Positions 23,008 to 35,530 of a stretch of DNA of 64,000 bases are shown in pieces. The position numbers and the translations under genes are program-made. Each line of letters opens with the position of its first letter. The first letter of the stretch is position 1. Origin of the DNA: Chiloscyllium plagiosum (taxonomy: Eukaryota); assembly GCF_004010195.1 (NCBI RefSeq), contig NC_057719.1, positions 18,559,159 to 18,623,158 on the forward strand, given 5' to 3'. The notes beneath the pieces are model-generated. The model did no database searches. It saw nothing but the letters and a program-made list of their open reading frames with translations, and was not told where the DNA came from.

Positions 23008-23140
23008 GGAGAAAGTGAGGACTGCAGACGCTGGAGGGTCAGAGTCAAAAAGTGTGGCGCTGGAAAAGCACAGCCGGGCAGGCAGCATCCGAGGAGCATG
23101 AGAGTTGTCGTTTCGGATATATGTCTGAAACATTGACCTT
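23008..23140 (-). mobile_element. Penelope-like pseudo-LTR fragment
   Basis: GGAGAAAGTGAGGACTGCAGACGCTGG...GGCAGCATCCGAGGAGC...CGTTTCGG. Confidence 0.8.
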
Positions 23141-23299
23141 TTCGTAGGCTGTCATGCTTTTAACATTCTTGATGTCACTGGGATTCAACCCTTAGTGCAT
23201 GGGTTTTGAGATGAGACCTCAAACCCTTGATCCACCATTGCACAACACTGCACGTAACACAAACATGTTATGTCAACAATCTAAACAGATAAGAAAACA

Positions 23300-23430
23300 G
23301 GTCCTGAGGAAGGGTCACTGGACTAGCACATTAACTGATTTCTCCCCACGGATGTTGCCAGACCTACTGAGCTTTTCCAGCAGTTTCTATTTTGTTTCTG
23401 ATATACAGCATCCACTGTTCCTTTGGTTTT
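23300..23430 (+). mobile_element. Penelope-like pseudo-LTR (third family)
   Basis: GTCCTGAGGAAGGGTCACTGGAC...GATGTTGCCAGACCTACTGAGCTTTTCCAGC. Confidence 0.7.
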
Positions 23431-23479
23431 TAGAAAACAGGTTTGTTTATAGCATTTTGGGGCTGCGTATAAAATGGTG

Positions 23480-24480
23480 AATGTAGCATTGATTTAATTG
23501 TCCTTTCTCCTCTCTGCCAAATAGATATATTGTGGGAGGGGGTGGGGTAAAAAGGTGTAGAATTCAACCTTCCCGACACCGAGGAAGCAAGCTTATCGCA
23601 GCCACAAAAAAATTGTGATGAGGAATTTAGATGGATATAACAATGGCAAGAGAAAGAATTGTGCAAATTCAAAATTCTGAAATTAGAATAAATACAAAAT
23701 TCAGTAGCACTCTGTCACGGTAATAATTGAATTCTGGTGGAAAACAGTGACTTCGTTCCATTTTGTTCGGGAGATATTAGCATCTGAGATCTGCCAAGCT
23801 GATACGTTCATGATTGTGAACAAGTCTCCTCTGTACTGGGTCCAGACAGTTTAACAGACTTCTCAATGGCAAAATAGAACAAAATTACTTTTCCCCCAGC
23901 CCTGCTGCAACCCCCCCCCCACTCTGCTCCGAGATTAACTTATTTTAAGTACCATTGAATTTTATATTTAATAAAATTTCAATATGCGCAGAGAATGGGA
24001 TTTGTAAAGTAATGTGTCTTCATAACTCTTTCAAAATCTCCCTTAACCCTTCAGCAGCCCTAACCTTCGTAGCAGAAACTTTTCGAACATTATTAGGAGC
24101 TGCACACTCTTGAATTTCCCATTTAAATTTGTTTTTCCCTTGTCTCTTAATTACAGATAATGGCTGATGAGTAAATAACTCAAATGAATCACATTCACTC
24201 AACATTTTTCATTCACACTCAGCTCTGAGGTACTTTCATTGATAAAAGAGATAAGAAACTGAAGGCAGCGATGAAAATGGAAAAGTAGGTTAATGCCATT
24301 GAGGGTGCATTCTCTTGTCTAAATATAGCTGGCGAAGGGTGCGATGAGCATGTATTTTCAGCTCCCATGAATGAATGCAGTGGGTGAAGATCTTAATTAT
24401 CAGCTGCTAGCTAAAAAGGTGCATTCCCTCACACACAAAAAAACTTTTAATGAATGCAAAATCTCAACCGTACTCACCGC
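23480..24480. promoter_or_regulatory. Candidate conserved non-coding element cluster
   Basis: ~1 kb repeat-free, CpGs retained, multiple TAAT(TA) sites. Confidence 0.4.
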
Positions 24481-24639
24481 AGAGAATGCTGAAAATACAA
24501 CCAGAATTTATCCTGTCTGGCCACTGATATGTAGTGCCCACAAATAAACTTTAGCCAGATTGCTCTCAACAAGAATAAAGGGTCAACGAAATGGATGCAA
24601 TGCTACAGGATGACCATCTGACCAGCTTCAACTGAAATG

Positions 24640-24860
24640 GAATAATTTGCATTACTATAGCACCTTTCATGACTGCAGGACATCCCAAACCACTCTGTAA
24701 CCAATTAAGTGCAAATGAATTGCAATTGTTATTTTTACCTAACTTGATAGTCAATTTGTATACAGCAAGCTCCCACAGCATGATGAAGCATATGAACTGT
24801 TTAGTTCTGTTGATTGAGGGGTCTGTTTAATTTACAGCACTGGGAAATGCTCTTCCACCT
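24640..24860 (-). mobile_element. DeuSINE 3' part
   Basis: TATAGCACCTTTCATGAC..GGACATCCCAAA...CAGCAAGCTCCCACA. Confidence 0.7.
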
Positions 24861-24959
24861 TGGCACTTTACACAGTTCCAATTATGTTGTCATTTTCTGT
24901 GGATCACCTTAAGACTGCTGTACTGTCATTATCTTTTGAGTGACTTGTTAAAGTGTGCA

Positions 24960-25225
24960 AAAGCCCTCTCAGCTGAGCAGGAAAGATCTCGTGACATTTT
25001 TTAAGAAGATTTTTCCCAGTACCTTTGTTAATATTTACCCCTCAACCAACATTGCCAAAACTAATCAATTGCTCTTTGTCATCTATTTGTGTGGGAGCTT
25101 GCTATGTGCAAATTGGCTGCTACCTTATTACAGTAAACAAGAACAGCTAGAACAGTATTTTGTTGAAAACAAAGGTACCTCAATGGTTGTAAAGTACTTT
25201 GGGATGTCCAGAAGTCATGAAAGTT
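24960..25225 (+). mobile_element. DeuSINE fragment
   Basis: ATATTTACCCCTCAACCAAC...TGTGGGAGCTTGCTATGTGCAAATTGGCTGC...TTTGGGATGTCC. Confidence 0.75.
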
Positions 25226-25264
25226 GTCCTCCCTTAAGCATCGATTGTCGTTACAAGGTGTTAG

Positions 25265-25690
25265 ATTTTCTTTATTATTTATTCACAGGACATAGGGGTC
25301 ACTGGTTGGACCAGCATTGATTACTCTTTTACTAATTGCTTATCACGAATTGCCCAGTGGACAATGTCAACCACATTACTGTCAGTTTGAAGTCACGTGT
25401 AGGCCAGACCGACTAAGGAAGGCAGTTACTCTCCCTGAAGGAGAGTAAAACAGAAACAGCTGGAAAAGCTCAACAAGTCCGGCGGCATCTGTGAAGAGAA
25501 ATCAGAGTTAACATTCCAGGTTGAGTGACCCTTCCTCAGCACAAATATTTATTTCCTGACAATCAACAATGATTTCACAGTCATCAATTCCAGATTTTTA
25601 TTGAATCCAAATTCCACCACGGTAGGTCCCTGGGACATGACCTGGGTTTCTGGAAGACTAGCCCAATTATAATGTCGGTAACCCACCACT
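25265..25690 (-). mobile_element. SINE family B with nested PLE pseudo-LTR (25447-25545)
   Basis: CAACCACATT...GTCACGTGTAGGCCAGACC; nested CAGAGTTAACATTCCAGGTTGAGTGACCCTTCCTCAG. Confidence 0.75.
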
Positions 25691-26039
25691 TCAGACGTTT
25701 CCCAGAGCACCATTTCTTTGTATATTTGACATTGATTATTTTAGTATTTAACAAGAAGAGACTGGAAGCCAAAAAAGAAGGCACTGAGGTCTTGGCAAAT
25801 CTGATCAGGATATAGGGAGACAATACAGTTGAATTCATAGGATGTGGAATCCAAAACAGAACTGAATGCCAACTGTAATATCCTGACATTAGAAGGTATT
25901 AAAATCCAATCTGAGTGTAATCAGCTGTACTATTCTCTCCCTCCCTTACTTTCCTTCCAGATATATTAAAAGCACTTCTAAAATATCTCTCAGCAAGTGT
26001 CAGTGTTCAAAAATAATTCATTTGATATAATTGTATTAT

Positions 26040-26620
26040 AATTTCTAAAATATGCTAACTGTGAGGGGATGAATATTCAATTAGCAGGAATCCAAAAATA
26101 TAATTAATAGGGGAAACATGTATTGCTCTAATCCGTTAAATCTTATGCTTGGCTCAGTTTTAATGGGAATGAATAGAAAGTGGGCAGCGATCCGAGGTTT
26201 GGGCTTGAAATGTCCTTGGGATCCAGGTGTTTTTTTTCTGGAGTTGACTATAACACTCCACACAGTGTTAGCTGTAATGCACAGCACTGTGGTGGTGGCA
26301 GGGTTAAATTAATAAGTACAGGTTTCATGAGGTTGTCCCGCCGCACTTCCCAACAGATACATCTGTTCAACAATTATTACATGATTTTTTTTCATAAAAA
26401 ATTCAACACCCAGGGTGTCGCGCTATCAAGAACCTGAAAATTTATGCAGCGAATGGAATAGTTAATTTCTCAGAGGAGAACAAGAGAAAAATTACAGATT
26501 TGAGTGAAATTCCTTGAGTGAAATGCATACAGTGCACTTGCTCTTTATCCTTAATCACAGTTTAGCATCAGATATCAGGAAAATCCTGGTCCGCATGCTG
26601 ATGAATTTGCACTGTTGAAA
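26040..26620. promoter_or_regulatory. Candidate conserved non-coding element
   Basis: Repeat-free, CpG-retaining; TAATCC, TAATTAAT, TTAAATTAAT motifs. Confidence 0.4.
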
Positions 26621-27739
26621 AGGAAGCAACTTGTTGAGGGACTTGAAATAGTAATTACATCTCCAAATGAAAAACTAAAAAAAAAGAAAAAAAAATGTGT
26701 TCTTCATTCTAAAAATAAAGACTCTGGTTTTCAAAGATTATGTGTGTATCTACATTGGATTCCACCAAGAATGGAAACCATAGTCCTCTATGGTTAGATT
26801 GAAGTCCGTTATATGTATCCTATAGTCAAAAGGGCAGGTCGTCCTCATTCATTGCTAAGGAAGTCTGTTCCCCTAAGTGTACGACAGCCAGGCTAATTTC
26901 CATTTAAGTGTACTGCTTTGCAGTCCATACACACTATGCATAATTAAACAGCAGAATAATGGCTTCATCCTCACCTTTGCAAATGTTAATCTGTTCATTG
27001 CTCAACTCAATGACTCAGTTTAACACCTCAATATTCACGAACTACTAGAGTCTAGCCAGTCTAAATGTCACTTACAAGTTCTTCATAAAATACAAAACTG
27101 TTCTATTTCTGTAAATAGATTTTTTTTATAAATCCCAAACAAAATAAATTCATCTTTTAACATATCAGGCTACTTTGTAAGTTACTAAAGGCACACAACT
27201 GGCAGACCTTCTATTTGCTAACACATCAAGTGCATACTTTAAGTAAACATATTTACCTGAAAAATTCTATACATTGTTCTATTATGTATTTTGTTTATCC
27301 AGAATGGACAATTTATTTCTCAATGAGAATAAAGTTTTCAATGGAAATGAAGACTTCAACCATGAAGGAAGAGGGAAAATGTCAAATGAAATTTTCAAGG
27401 AAAGGAATCAGCGAAATATATGAACGTTGGCAATTAAAATAACACAAGGCTTTAAATAAACCTTACGTCACTCAACAGTTGCAGGGAGAGAGGGTTAACA
27501 TTTCAGGTCAATAACTTACCATCCACCAGCTGAAGGAGGATTGGAATCTAAAAGGACTTTAATCCAGTGAAATATAGGGAAAGGGCTGGAAGAGTAAGAC
27601 AAAGTCTTTGATAGAGTGGATGGCAGTGGAACGTAATGGCTGGATATTTATGGAAACGTTTAAAATGGCAGACGGGCCCCAATTCAAATTTTCCTAGCCC
27701 AGGTCCTAATGTCCCAGGTTTTCATCAGCATGGGATAAG

Positions 27740-27935
27740 TGCTATAGAACGTGGTTCAGGCCAAACCATTAAATGTTTTCTAAGGAGTTAAATATAGTTT
27801 TTAGGGACAAAGAGATCAAAGTATGTAGGGTGAAAGCAGGAACAAAGTTCTGAGTAGTATGGTCAACCATGATCATATTGAATGGCAGAGCCGGCTCAAA
27901 AGGCTGAATGGCCTACTCCCTTTCCTATTTCCTCT
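27740..27935 (+). mobile_element. CR1 3' end
   Basis: CCATGATCATATTGAATGGCAGAGCCGGCTCAAAAGGCTGAATGGCCTACTCC. Confidence 0.8.
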
Positions 27936-28049
27936 ATATCTATAAGGATGTGGGCTGGAGTGAGAGTTGAGCCTGCCTGTCCCTCCACTATAAGGCAAAG
28001 CACAATTTCTTTGGAATTGGCCTGGTTTCTTGAGGCAAAAAAGCCCCAA

Positions 28050-28660
28050 ATACTATACTGTGAATGTTTGAAATCTGAAATAAGAACAGAAAATGCAGAA
28101 GAAACCCAGCAGGTCTGGCAGCATCCTTGAAGGGAGAAACAGAATTAACTTTTCAAGTTCAAAATGACTCATCTTCAGAACTGAAGGGTTGGAAAATTGC
28201 AATTTTTATGCCTTAGACAGAGGGGGAGGAGGAGCAAGTGGAACAGATTGTAAGAGTGCTCAGAGCCAAAGGCAAAGAGATTGCTAATGGTAGTGAAGAT
28301 AAAATAGAGATATAAAAAGGGTGTAAATGAATGCATGGCAGGAGAAAATCAGTCTGCTTTCTGAGAGCAAAGTCAGCAAGATACAAACACAAACAACATG
28401 GCTGCGTGTATGTGCCTTTTAGGTGATGGGAGTATTTGGCAAATATAACAAAAAAAGAGGTACAGAGGTCATGTTCTGGAGTTGTGGAACTCAAAATTGA
28501 GACCTTGGGGCTATACAGTGCCAAAGCAGAAATTGAGGTGCTGTTCTTTCAGCCTGCATTGTGCTACATTGCAAAGCTAACAGGCCCATGACAGCAATGT
28601 TTACATGGGATCACATGGTTTATTAAAATGTTGAGCAATCGGAAGGTCAGGGTCAGTTTT
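28050..28660 (-). mobile_element. Old Penelope-like 3' end
   Basis: AAATCTGAAATAAGAACAGAAAATGC...GACTCATCTTCAGAAC; GIY-YIG C-terminal-like sequence at 28480-28570. Confidence 0.65.
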
Positions 28661-29269
28661 TCAGTTTTTCAAGGCCATGTTATTCAGAACCCTTTCAAGG
28701 TGTCATGAACCACAATGTAGATGAATAAATGTTCAAAGGTCTTACCTATGGGCTCATGCTAACCTACCTCCAAGTACCCTCCTATCTTCTATGCTAACCT
28801 ATATAACTCCACCCACTCCCAAAGACATGCAGCATATGCAGGATCATAGAGGGACATAGATTGGCATGGAGAGTATGAGGGATCAGGGAGGCACACAGAG
28901 AGGCATTAGTAGGCATGGATAGATTGTGGTGAAGAATTGGAAGACAGCGTGATGAGAGAATTTGATGACCTAATGTTAGATAAAGCAACTAGGACAAGGT
29001 ACTGTGTGAGCATGTTAACTAATCTTCCTTAGCAGCCACTACTCCCTATGGCCACCACTAAACAGTTTCCAGGAGCAATGGGCCTGATTGCAGTTGACAT
29101 CAAGCTGGAAAATTTCCCAACTTCTCTGCCCTGCTTCTAGAATGAAAATCCCTGTCTTCAAGGACAAAAGATTTCCCTGTGTAAAGGCCAAAAATAGTGG
29201 CGTTCATCCCATAACTTCATCTCTGTTGATCTTCACAGAAACTGCCTGACTTTTTACCCAAGGAGGTAA

Positions 29270-29812
29270 GAGTAGAATTACCATAGTCATATAGAGTCAT
29301 AGAGTCATAAGACAGTCCCGCTGTCTTATTAGAGAGACATGTTAGTTAAGGGATGAGGTTGGGACCTTCATAGTGACTTCATACAGGAATTGAACCTGTG
29401 CTGTTAGCATCATTTTCTGTCACAAACCAATCGTCACCACTGTGTTCTCCAATTTTACTTAAGCTCTCTTCCATCCCCTGACCCCCTTGCCAGCCCTCCC
29501 CCTTCCCTTCCACCCCTCCCAGCCACCTACCAGATTCATTCCTCCCATTGACCAACCAGGTCGTACCCTCTGCCTGTCTTCACTTATCCCCACTTCACCA
29601 CACTGCCCCAGTCACCCCCTTTATCTGCAGCACCCCCGACCATCACCCCCAGTCCTGAAGAAGGGTTACACCTGAAACATTGACTTCTCCACCTCCTGAA
29701 TGCTGCCTGCCTGACAGCCTCTTGCCTGTCTACTTTGGATTCCAGCATCTGCAGTATTTTTTTATCTCTATCACAAACCAATCATCCAGCCAACAGATCT
29801 AACCAATGCCCT
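29270..29812 (-). mobile_element. tRNA-derived SINE (family C) interrupted by a PLE
   Basis: GGAATTGAACC (B box, reverse)...TCACAAACCAATC | TCACAAACCAATCATCCAGCCAAC. Confidence 0.55.
29433..29770 (+). mobile_element. Penelope-like pseudo-LTR with hammerhead core; 13-bp TSD
   Basis: TSD TCACAAACCAATC at 29420-29432 and 29771-29783; AGTC-CTGAAGA-A-GGGT-TAC-ACCT-GAAA-CATT-GACT. Confidence 0.85.
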
Positions 29813-30053
29813 TCTCAGCCAAGAATGAGTACAGTAAAAGGAACAAAAGATGTAACCAGTTGAGGCATGAATAACTCCATCTGCATCCATATTGACAGAC
29901 TGATGAAGAAATAAAACAAGGTTAAACAAGATTGAACTGGCAAAGGAAAAGGTTGCCATAGCAATAGGGGGGGGGGGGGGTGGCGTTCCCACCATCTAGC
30001 AGTCATAGAGCCAAGAAGGTCACCAGTTTAAGCAGTAAATGAAAGGGTGGACT

Positions 30054-30178
30054 TGGGAATGAGACTGGGCCAGGTAATATGGGGGAACATGGTGCTGAGT
30101 GACGGTGTGAGTGAACCTGGGAGTGAGACTAGGCCAGGTGAAATGGGGAGCAGGGTGCTGAGTGAGGCCGTGAGTGGA
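30054..30178. repeat. Two-copy 64-bp GC-rich tandem duplication
   Basis: TGGGA(A/G)TGAGACT(G/A)GGCCAGGT...GGTGCTGAGTGA at 30054 and 30118. Confidence 0.8.
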
Positions 30179-30779
30179 ATGAGAATGATGAGGGGACGTT
30201 GGGCGCACCAGTGGCATGGGCACCAGGATGGAGTCAGTGCTGGCTTCCGATTCCAGATGCTCCACGATGTTTGCACTACCAGCTTCCACTGCCCCAGTGC
30301 AATGGCAGGGAATACAACAGAGAACAAGAATGGAGGCACAGGTTAGCATCCAAAATTGTTCAACTTAATATTAAGTCAAGACAGCTGTAGAAAGCATGAT
30401 GAGCTGCTGCTCCATTTCCTTCAGCTTCATTGGAACATTGTGCCAGGCCAATAACAGAAAGCTCAGTGTGGGAGCAAAGTGGACAAGTAAAAATGCCATC
30501 AACCTGAAGCCCGGGGTCCAGTTTCATAGATGTAATGCGGGGCTGCTTTGCAAAATTGTCAGGCGACCTGGGTTTGGTCTCCCCAGTAGAGAGGTTAAGT
30601 AAATAATACTTCCAAGTGAGCAGGCAGACTCTCAGAATGTGAAGTATGCGTGTTTCGTAAAGGAAAGAAATGGTTCTGAAAAAGCTTGTAAAATCCAATG
30701 TCCAAAAATCTGGAATTTGAAAACCAAATCTTACCTTGGATTTTAAAAAAATACAATTTTGTTACCTCCAATGCCAGAG

Positions 30780-31150
30780 CATCAAAATAACATATTAAAT
30801 AGACAGAATTACACCTCACGTTGCAATGTGCAGAGCTTTCAATCAGAGTGCAGTGTGCAATTGAGTTGATTATGAGTAGCGCAGAGAGCAGATTAACCCT
30901 TATATTGTCGATAACAATTTAATCTGTACTGTTAGCACAAATGTAGCGACTAATATTTTCTTAAAGCACAAGGTAATATCTTATGTCAAGTTCAACACAA
31001 CACAATACAAAGCATTCCCAATGGTGTAGAAGTGAATAGATGGTAACAATGGTATCACTGGGAGAGCTAATTAAAGTACAACGCACTTTAATCAAATCAG
31101 TTTTCTAGTCCAGAGTGGCAGTGAATGTCTTTGGCTGAACCATTTTATAC
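30780..31150. promoter_or_regulatory. Candidate conserved non-coding element
   Basis: Repeat-free; GATTAA, AACAAT (Sox-like), CTAATTAA motifs. Confidence 0.35.
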
Positions 31151-31729
31151 ATAAATTTTCCTTTTCCAATAAGGATTTAATTTTCATTCTTAAACCACCA
31201 GTCATTATTTTTCTACAGATAAATTCTTAACATGTTCCATAAATAGGTGTTCCTTGCAATTTGTTATGGGGACAGGACAACCAATGATAATTTGAAATGA
31301 TCTTGCTTTCATCAAGTGATTTACTTGAGAAAAGAAAGTGAAAAAACTCATATGCATACATGTTTTGGAAGTTGAGAAGTAATGTCAGTTTACTCTGATT
31401 TGTGAATTATTGTCAATCTAATGTCAAGACAATGTCAGGAAAGAAGAAAGAATGAACTATGACCAAAACAAAGATACTTAGTGTAATGCAGAGATTTCAG
31501 CACAAAGTACATCTGCTGAGTTAATAAGTTTGTGAGTTTTGAGATCAAGTTCATGAAGGGAGAGTTTACATTGCAGCCTATTGTCAGGCCTTTCAGAGTA
31601 GACTCAGGAGTTATGTTTCACTGTCAGTGTGCAATCAAGAAAGACCTAGAGTAAAGATGCATTGACATGTGAAAAAGAAAAGCTGTAGGATGGAAGTACA
31701 ATAGTAGAGAAATGTAAGAATCTCGTTTG

Positions 31730-32120
31730 TGTCACTTGTGGATCAGTTGGCAACATTTTTGCCTGAACCAAAAATTGCAGTTCCAAGTTTCACCTCAGAG
31801 AGTTTGTCATAAATTAAGTGTAGGCTGATACTCCAGTGCTGTCTTGATGCAGTGCTGCATCATTGGAGGGACTATCTTTCAGATGTAACCGATTAAAGCT
31901 GTCTTAGGTCGGTGTGAAAAATCCCATGGCACTATTTTGAAGAAAAGTAGGGCAGTTATCTTTAGTACCCTGATAGTTTGTCCTCAAACAAAATTACGAA
32001 TAAACAGGTTAAATAGATTATCTACTTATACCAAATTACTGCTGTGGGAGATTGCTGTCTGAAAATTGGCTGCTGCATTTGAAACATGGCTGTGAACTCC
32101 ATTCACTGTAACTTGTTTTG
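31730..32120 (+). mobile_element. DeuSINE (SacSINE1-like), near full length
   Basis: Head GGATCAGTTGGCAACA; Deu-like domain GTGCTGCATCATTGGAGG..ATCTTTCAGATG..AAAAATCCCATGGCACTATTTTGAAGAA; TGTGGGAGATTGCTGT..AAATTGGCTGC. Confidence 0.75.
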
Positions 32121-32124
32121 CCTG

Positions 32125-32380
32125 CATGTATTGATTTTGGGTGCTCTGGTTTCCTCCCACAATCCAAAGTTGTTCAGGTTAGGTGGATTGGCCATGTTAA
32201 ATTGTCCATAGTATCCAGGGAGGTGCAGGCTAAATGGGTTAGCCATGGGAAATACAAGGTTATAGGGATAGGGTAGAGGGCTGAGTCTGTGTGGGATGCT
32301 TTTTGGATGATCGGTGTGGACTCAATGGACTGAATGGCCTGCTTCCACACTGCGGGGATTCTATGACTGATTCTATGATT
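32125..32380 (+). mobile_element. HE1 SINE, 5' truncated
   Basis: GGTGCTCTGGTTTCCTCCCACAATCCAAAG...GGCCTGCTTCCACACTG. Confidence 0.85.
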
Positions 32381-33933
32381 GTAATATCACGATCTCAGCA
32401 TTTTCCATCACATGCCATTATATTAAAGCAAGTCTTTCAAGTTTTTTTAAGGGACATGGTCAAGTTAATATTTAAATTACTCTCAGAATAAAGTGCATGA
32501 GGTTATGGTAAGAATTCTACAACTGAGTGTCCATCCAAGGTGATATTAAGAGTTGTTAAGTTCACGGCATTGTTGTGTTTTTCTTCACTGTTACTCTGTC
32601 AGCTATAAATGATGTGCTCATGACATCATCAGTGAATCACAGCATGTGACTCAAGGATATTTTAAGAAATCTCCTACTCCATTTTACTTCAAGGTCACTT
32701 GAAGCATGGTAGGTGACTAAATACATGCTCCTCTGTTGTAACCTACTAGCTTAACAGTTAACACAGGCTTTGCAATATTTATATATGATAGCTAGCTGAA
32801 ATAAATGTCTGTTGTATTCTTTAATATCACAATAGTCATACCCAGTTTCAGGAGATAACATAAGCATTGCCACATGAGGTAAAACATTCTGTTGGAGGCA
32901 AAGTCAAACCAACCATAGTCAGGCAATAGCATGACGTTTAGCAGTTTTAAAGATGGTTAGAAGTAACACAGACAAAGCTGGGTTGGAAATTTATTTTTTC
33001 CCATCCCATTTCTTTGCTTTCCTCCCCTTTTATGACTCATTCATATGGCCTTTCTTCATGTGGGAAAAAAATGATGGTAGGTGATGGGAGGACACTGCAT
33101 CAAAATGCATTCAAATGTTCATCATAAATGTCTTTGAGCAAGGAGTATGAACTGTGTGATCAAGACTAGGAACGTTGGCTTCATTTGGCTAGCCTATTCT
33201 GTATAGTACTGTTACTCAGTACAGGCTAGGGATTAAACCAGGTATCTGCTTGTTTATACCAAGTCAGGCAATGTATTCAGCAATTGAGCTACCTGGAGAG
33301 TTGACAGTGGACATTTTCAGGATAAAATGGAGGAAGCTCCAGTTTTTAGGATAGTTTGTCAGGATAATGCAGAGCAATGAATTGCATCTACCCAGATATT
33401 TACTTGAAAGTGCTAGGTGCTGTCAATATGTGCAAAGTGGAAGATTTGCCATCACTGCTGTCATGCTTCACCTTGATAAGTGCACAAGCAGAAAAAAAAC
33501 CTAGAGTTTTCAGACTGCGCTGCATTGCTATCAGGAATGAAATATTGAAGACAACTGACAGAAATATTAGCTGTAAAGTTTGTGTGGATGATGTGGTATG
33601 TGACCGAAGGTAAAGTTTGTTTGAGGTAACTTGCTGCCACCAATCCACTTTTATCTATTATCTGTCCATGTTCTGCCTAATGATCAATGGACAGCAAACT
33701 AGATGGTTTATTGCATGAAAGCAGCAAGCACAACCTACATTACTAGTCAAACATAATTACTAAGGATTGTCAATAGCTCTACTGAATACATCTATTCCCT
33801 ATGACAGTTAGTATAGAACACACTACTTCCACTCAAAGACTACACATGATACCAGATTGGGTGAAGCCACTGAAACTTCAACATTCAACTCCATTTACAA
33901 GTTTTCTGGCGACACCACTGTTATAGGTCACCA

Positions 33934-34268
33934 TCATAGAATCCACACAGTGTGGAAACAGGCTATTTGGCCCAATAAGTCCATGCCAATCCTCTGAAGA
34001 GCAAACCATCATTCCCCTACCCTATTATTCAACATTTAACATAGTTAATACACCTAACCTACACATCCCTGAACACTACGGGCAATTTAACATGGCCAAA
34101 TCACCTAACCTGCACATCTTTTGGATTGTGGGAGGAAACTGGAGCACCTGGAGGAAACCCACGCAGACACGAGGAGAATGTGCAAACTCCACACAGACAG
34201 TTGGCCAAGACTGGAATTGAACCTGGGTCCCTGGTGCTGTGAGGCAGCAGTGCTAACCACTGAGCCAC
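33934..34268 (-). mobile_element. HE1 SINE
   Basis: Reverse head and V domain. Confidence 0.95.
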
Positions 34269-34269
34269 A

Positions 34270-34766
34270 TATCTCAAACAACGATGAGATGGAATACAGG
34301 AAGGACATAGAGTGGTTAATGGCACAGTGTAAAGACAACAATCTCTACATCAATGTCAACAAAATGAAGAAGCTGGTCATTGACTTCAGGAAGCAGAATG
34401 GAGGGCACGCCCCTGTCAGCATCAATGGTGCTAAGGTGGAGATGATCAAGAATGTCAAGTTCCTGGGAGTGGTGATCTCCTACAATCTGTTCTGGTCCAC
34501 CCACGTTGACACTATGGTTAAGAAAACACAGCAAGGCCTCTACTTCCTCAGGAGGCAAAGGAAAGTTGGTATGTCCATAAAGACTCTCAAAACATTTTAA
34601 TATATGCACCATAGAAAGCATCCTGTCTGGATGCATCACGCTTTGGTATGGCAACTGCTCTTCCCAAGACTGAAAGAATCTACAAAGAGTTGTAAACACA
34701 GTCCAACATTTTTCACGGTACCTCGGTACACATAACAGTTATCAATAAAATCAAATCAAATCAAAA
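34270..34766 (+). mobile_element. Rex1/Babar LINE RT C-terminal fragment with (TCAAA)n tail
   Basis: ISNNDEMEYRKDIEWL..CKDNNLYINVNKMKKLVIDFRK..KFLGV..WSTH..KKTQQGLYFLRR..IESILSGCITLWYGN. Confidence 0.85.
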
Positions 34767-34999
34767 ATGAAAGTAACTCTTTCAGATCTATTGATAGTTT
34801 GATTGATTTCTTGTCACGTTTACCAAGTACTAGTACCTTATCCAACAGATGAGGAATATCAGAGATTGCAATAAAATTTGATTTGATACAGAGTGATTCT
34901 GTTACTGCACAAACACTTCAGAGGCCTGTGTTGCTCAATGACCAATGACCCAAAGTCAAATTCACATCCCATCATGATATAAAATTGAAGGCATGGAAT

Positions 35000-35530
35000 T
35001 GAAATTATTGAAGGCAATGATGAGTTGTGAATGGGTGTTTTTCTGACTGGAGGTCCGTGACCAGTAGTGTTGCACAAGGTTTGGTGCTGGAACCTCTGTT
35101 GTTTATAATTTGTATGAAATTGTAGGTGATCTGATTAATAGGTTTGCACAAAAGTTGCTGGAGTTGTGGATAGTAAGAAAGTTTGTCAAAGGCTGCAGCA
35201 GGATGTAGATCAGTTGGAAAGTTGGGCAGAGAAACGGCAAATGGAGTTTAATCTGGGCAAGTGTGAGGCGATGCATTTGGGGAAATTAAATACAAAAGGA
35301 AAGTATCCAGTAAATGTCAGGACTGTTAGGAGAATTGATATACACAGGGATAATGGGTGCAAGCCCATAGTTCCCTGAAAGTGGCAACACAAGTGGATAA
35401 GGTGGTTCAGAAAACATGTGACATGCTTGCCTTCATAATTTGGGGCATTGTGCAAAAGAGGTTTACCAGGATGGTCCCTGGATTGGAATGTATTAGCTAT
35501 AAGGAAAATTTTGACAAACTTGGATTATTT
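35000..35530 (+). mobile_element. CR1 RT fragment
   Basis: LQQDVDQLESWAEKRQMEFNLGKCEAMHLGK. Confidence 0.85.

Noticed and set aside
28760..29160. Possible non-autonomous Harbinger-related element
   Set aside because: Only vague GGCAT-rich composition; termini could not be defined
34121..34600. 159-aa ORF as a novel fusion protein
   Set aside because: Chance read-through from an antisense HE1 into a 5'-truncated Rex1 RT fragment
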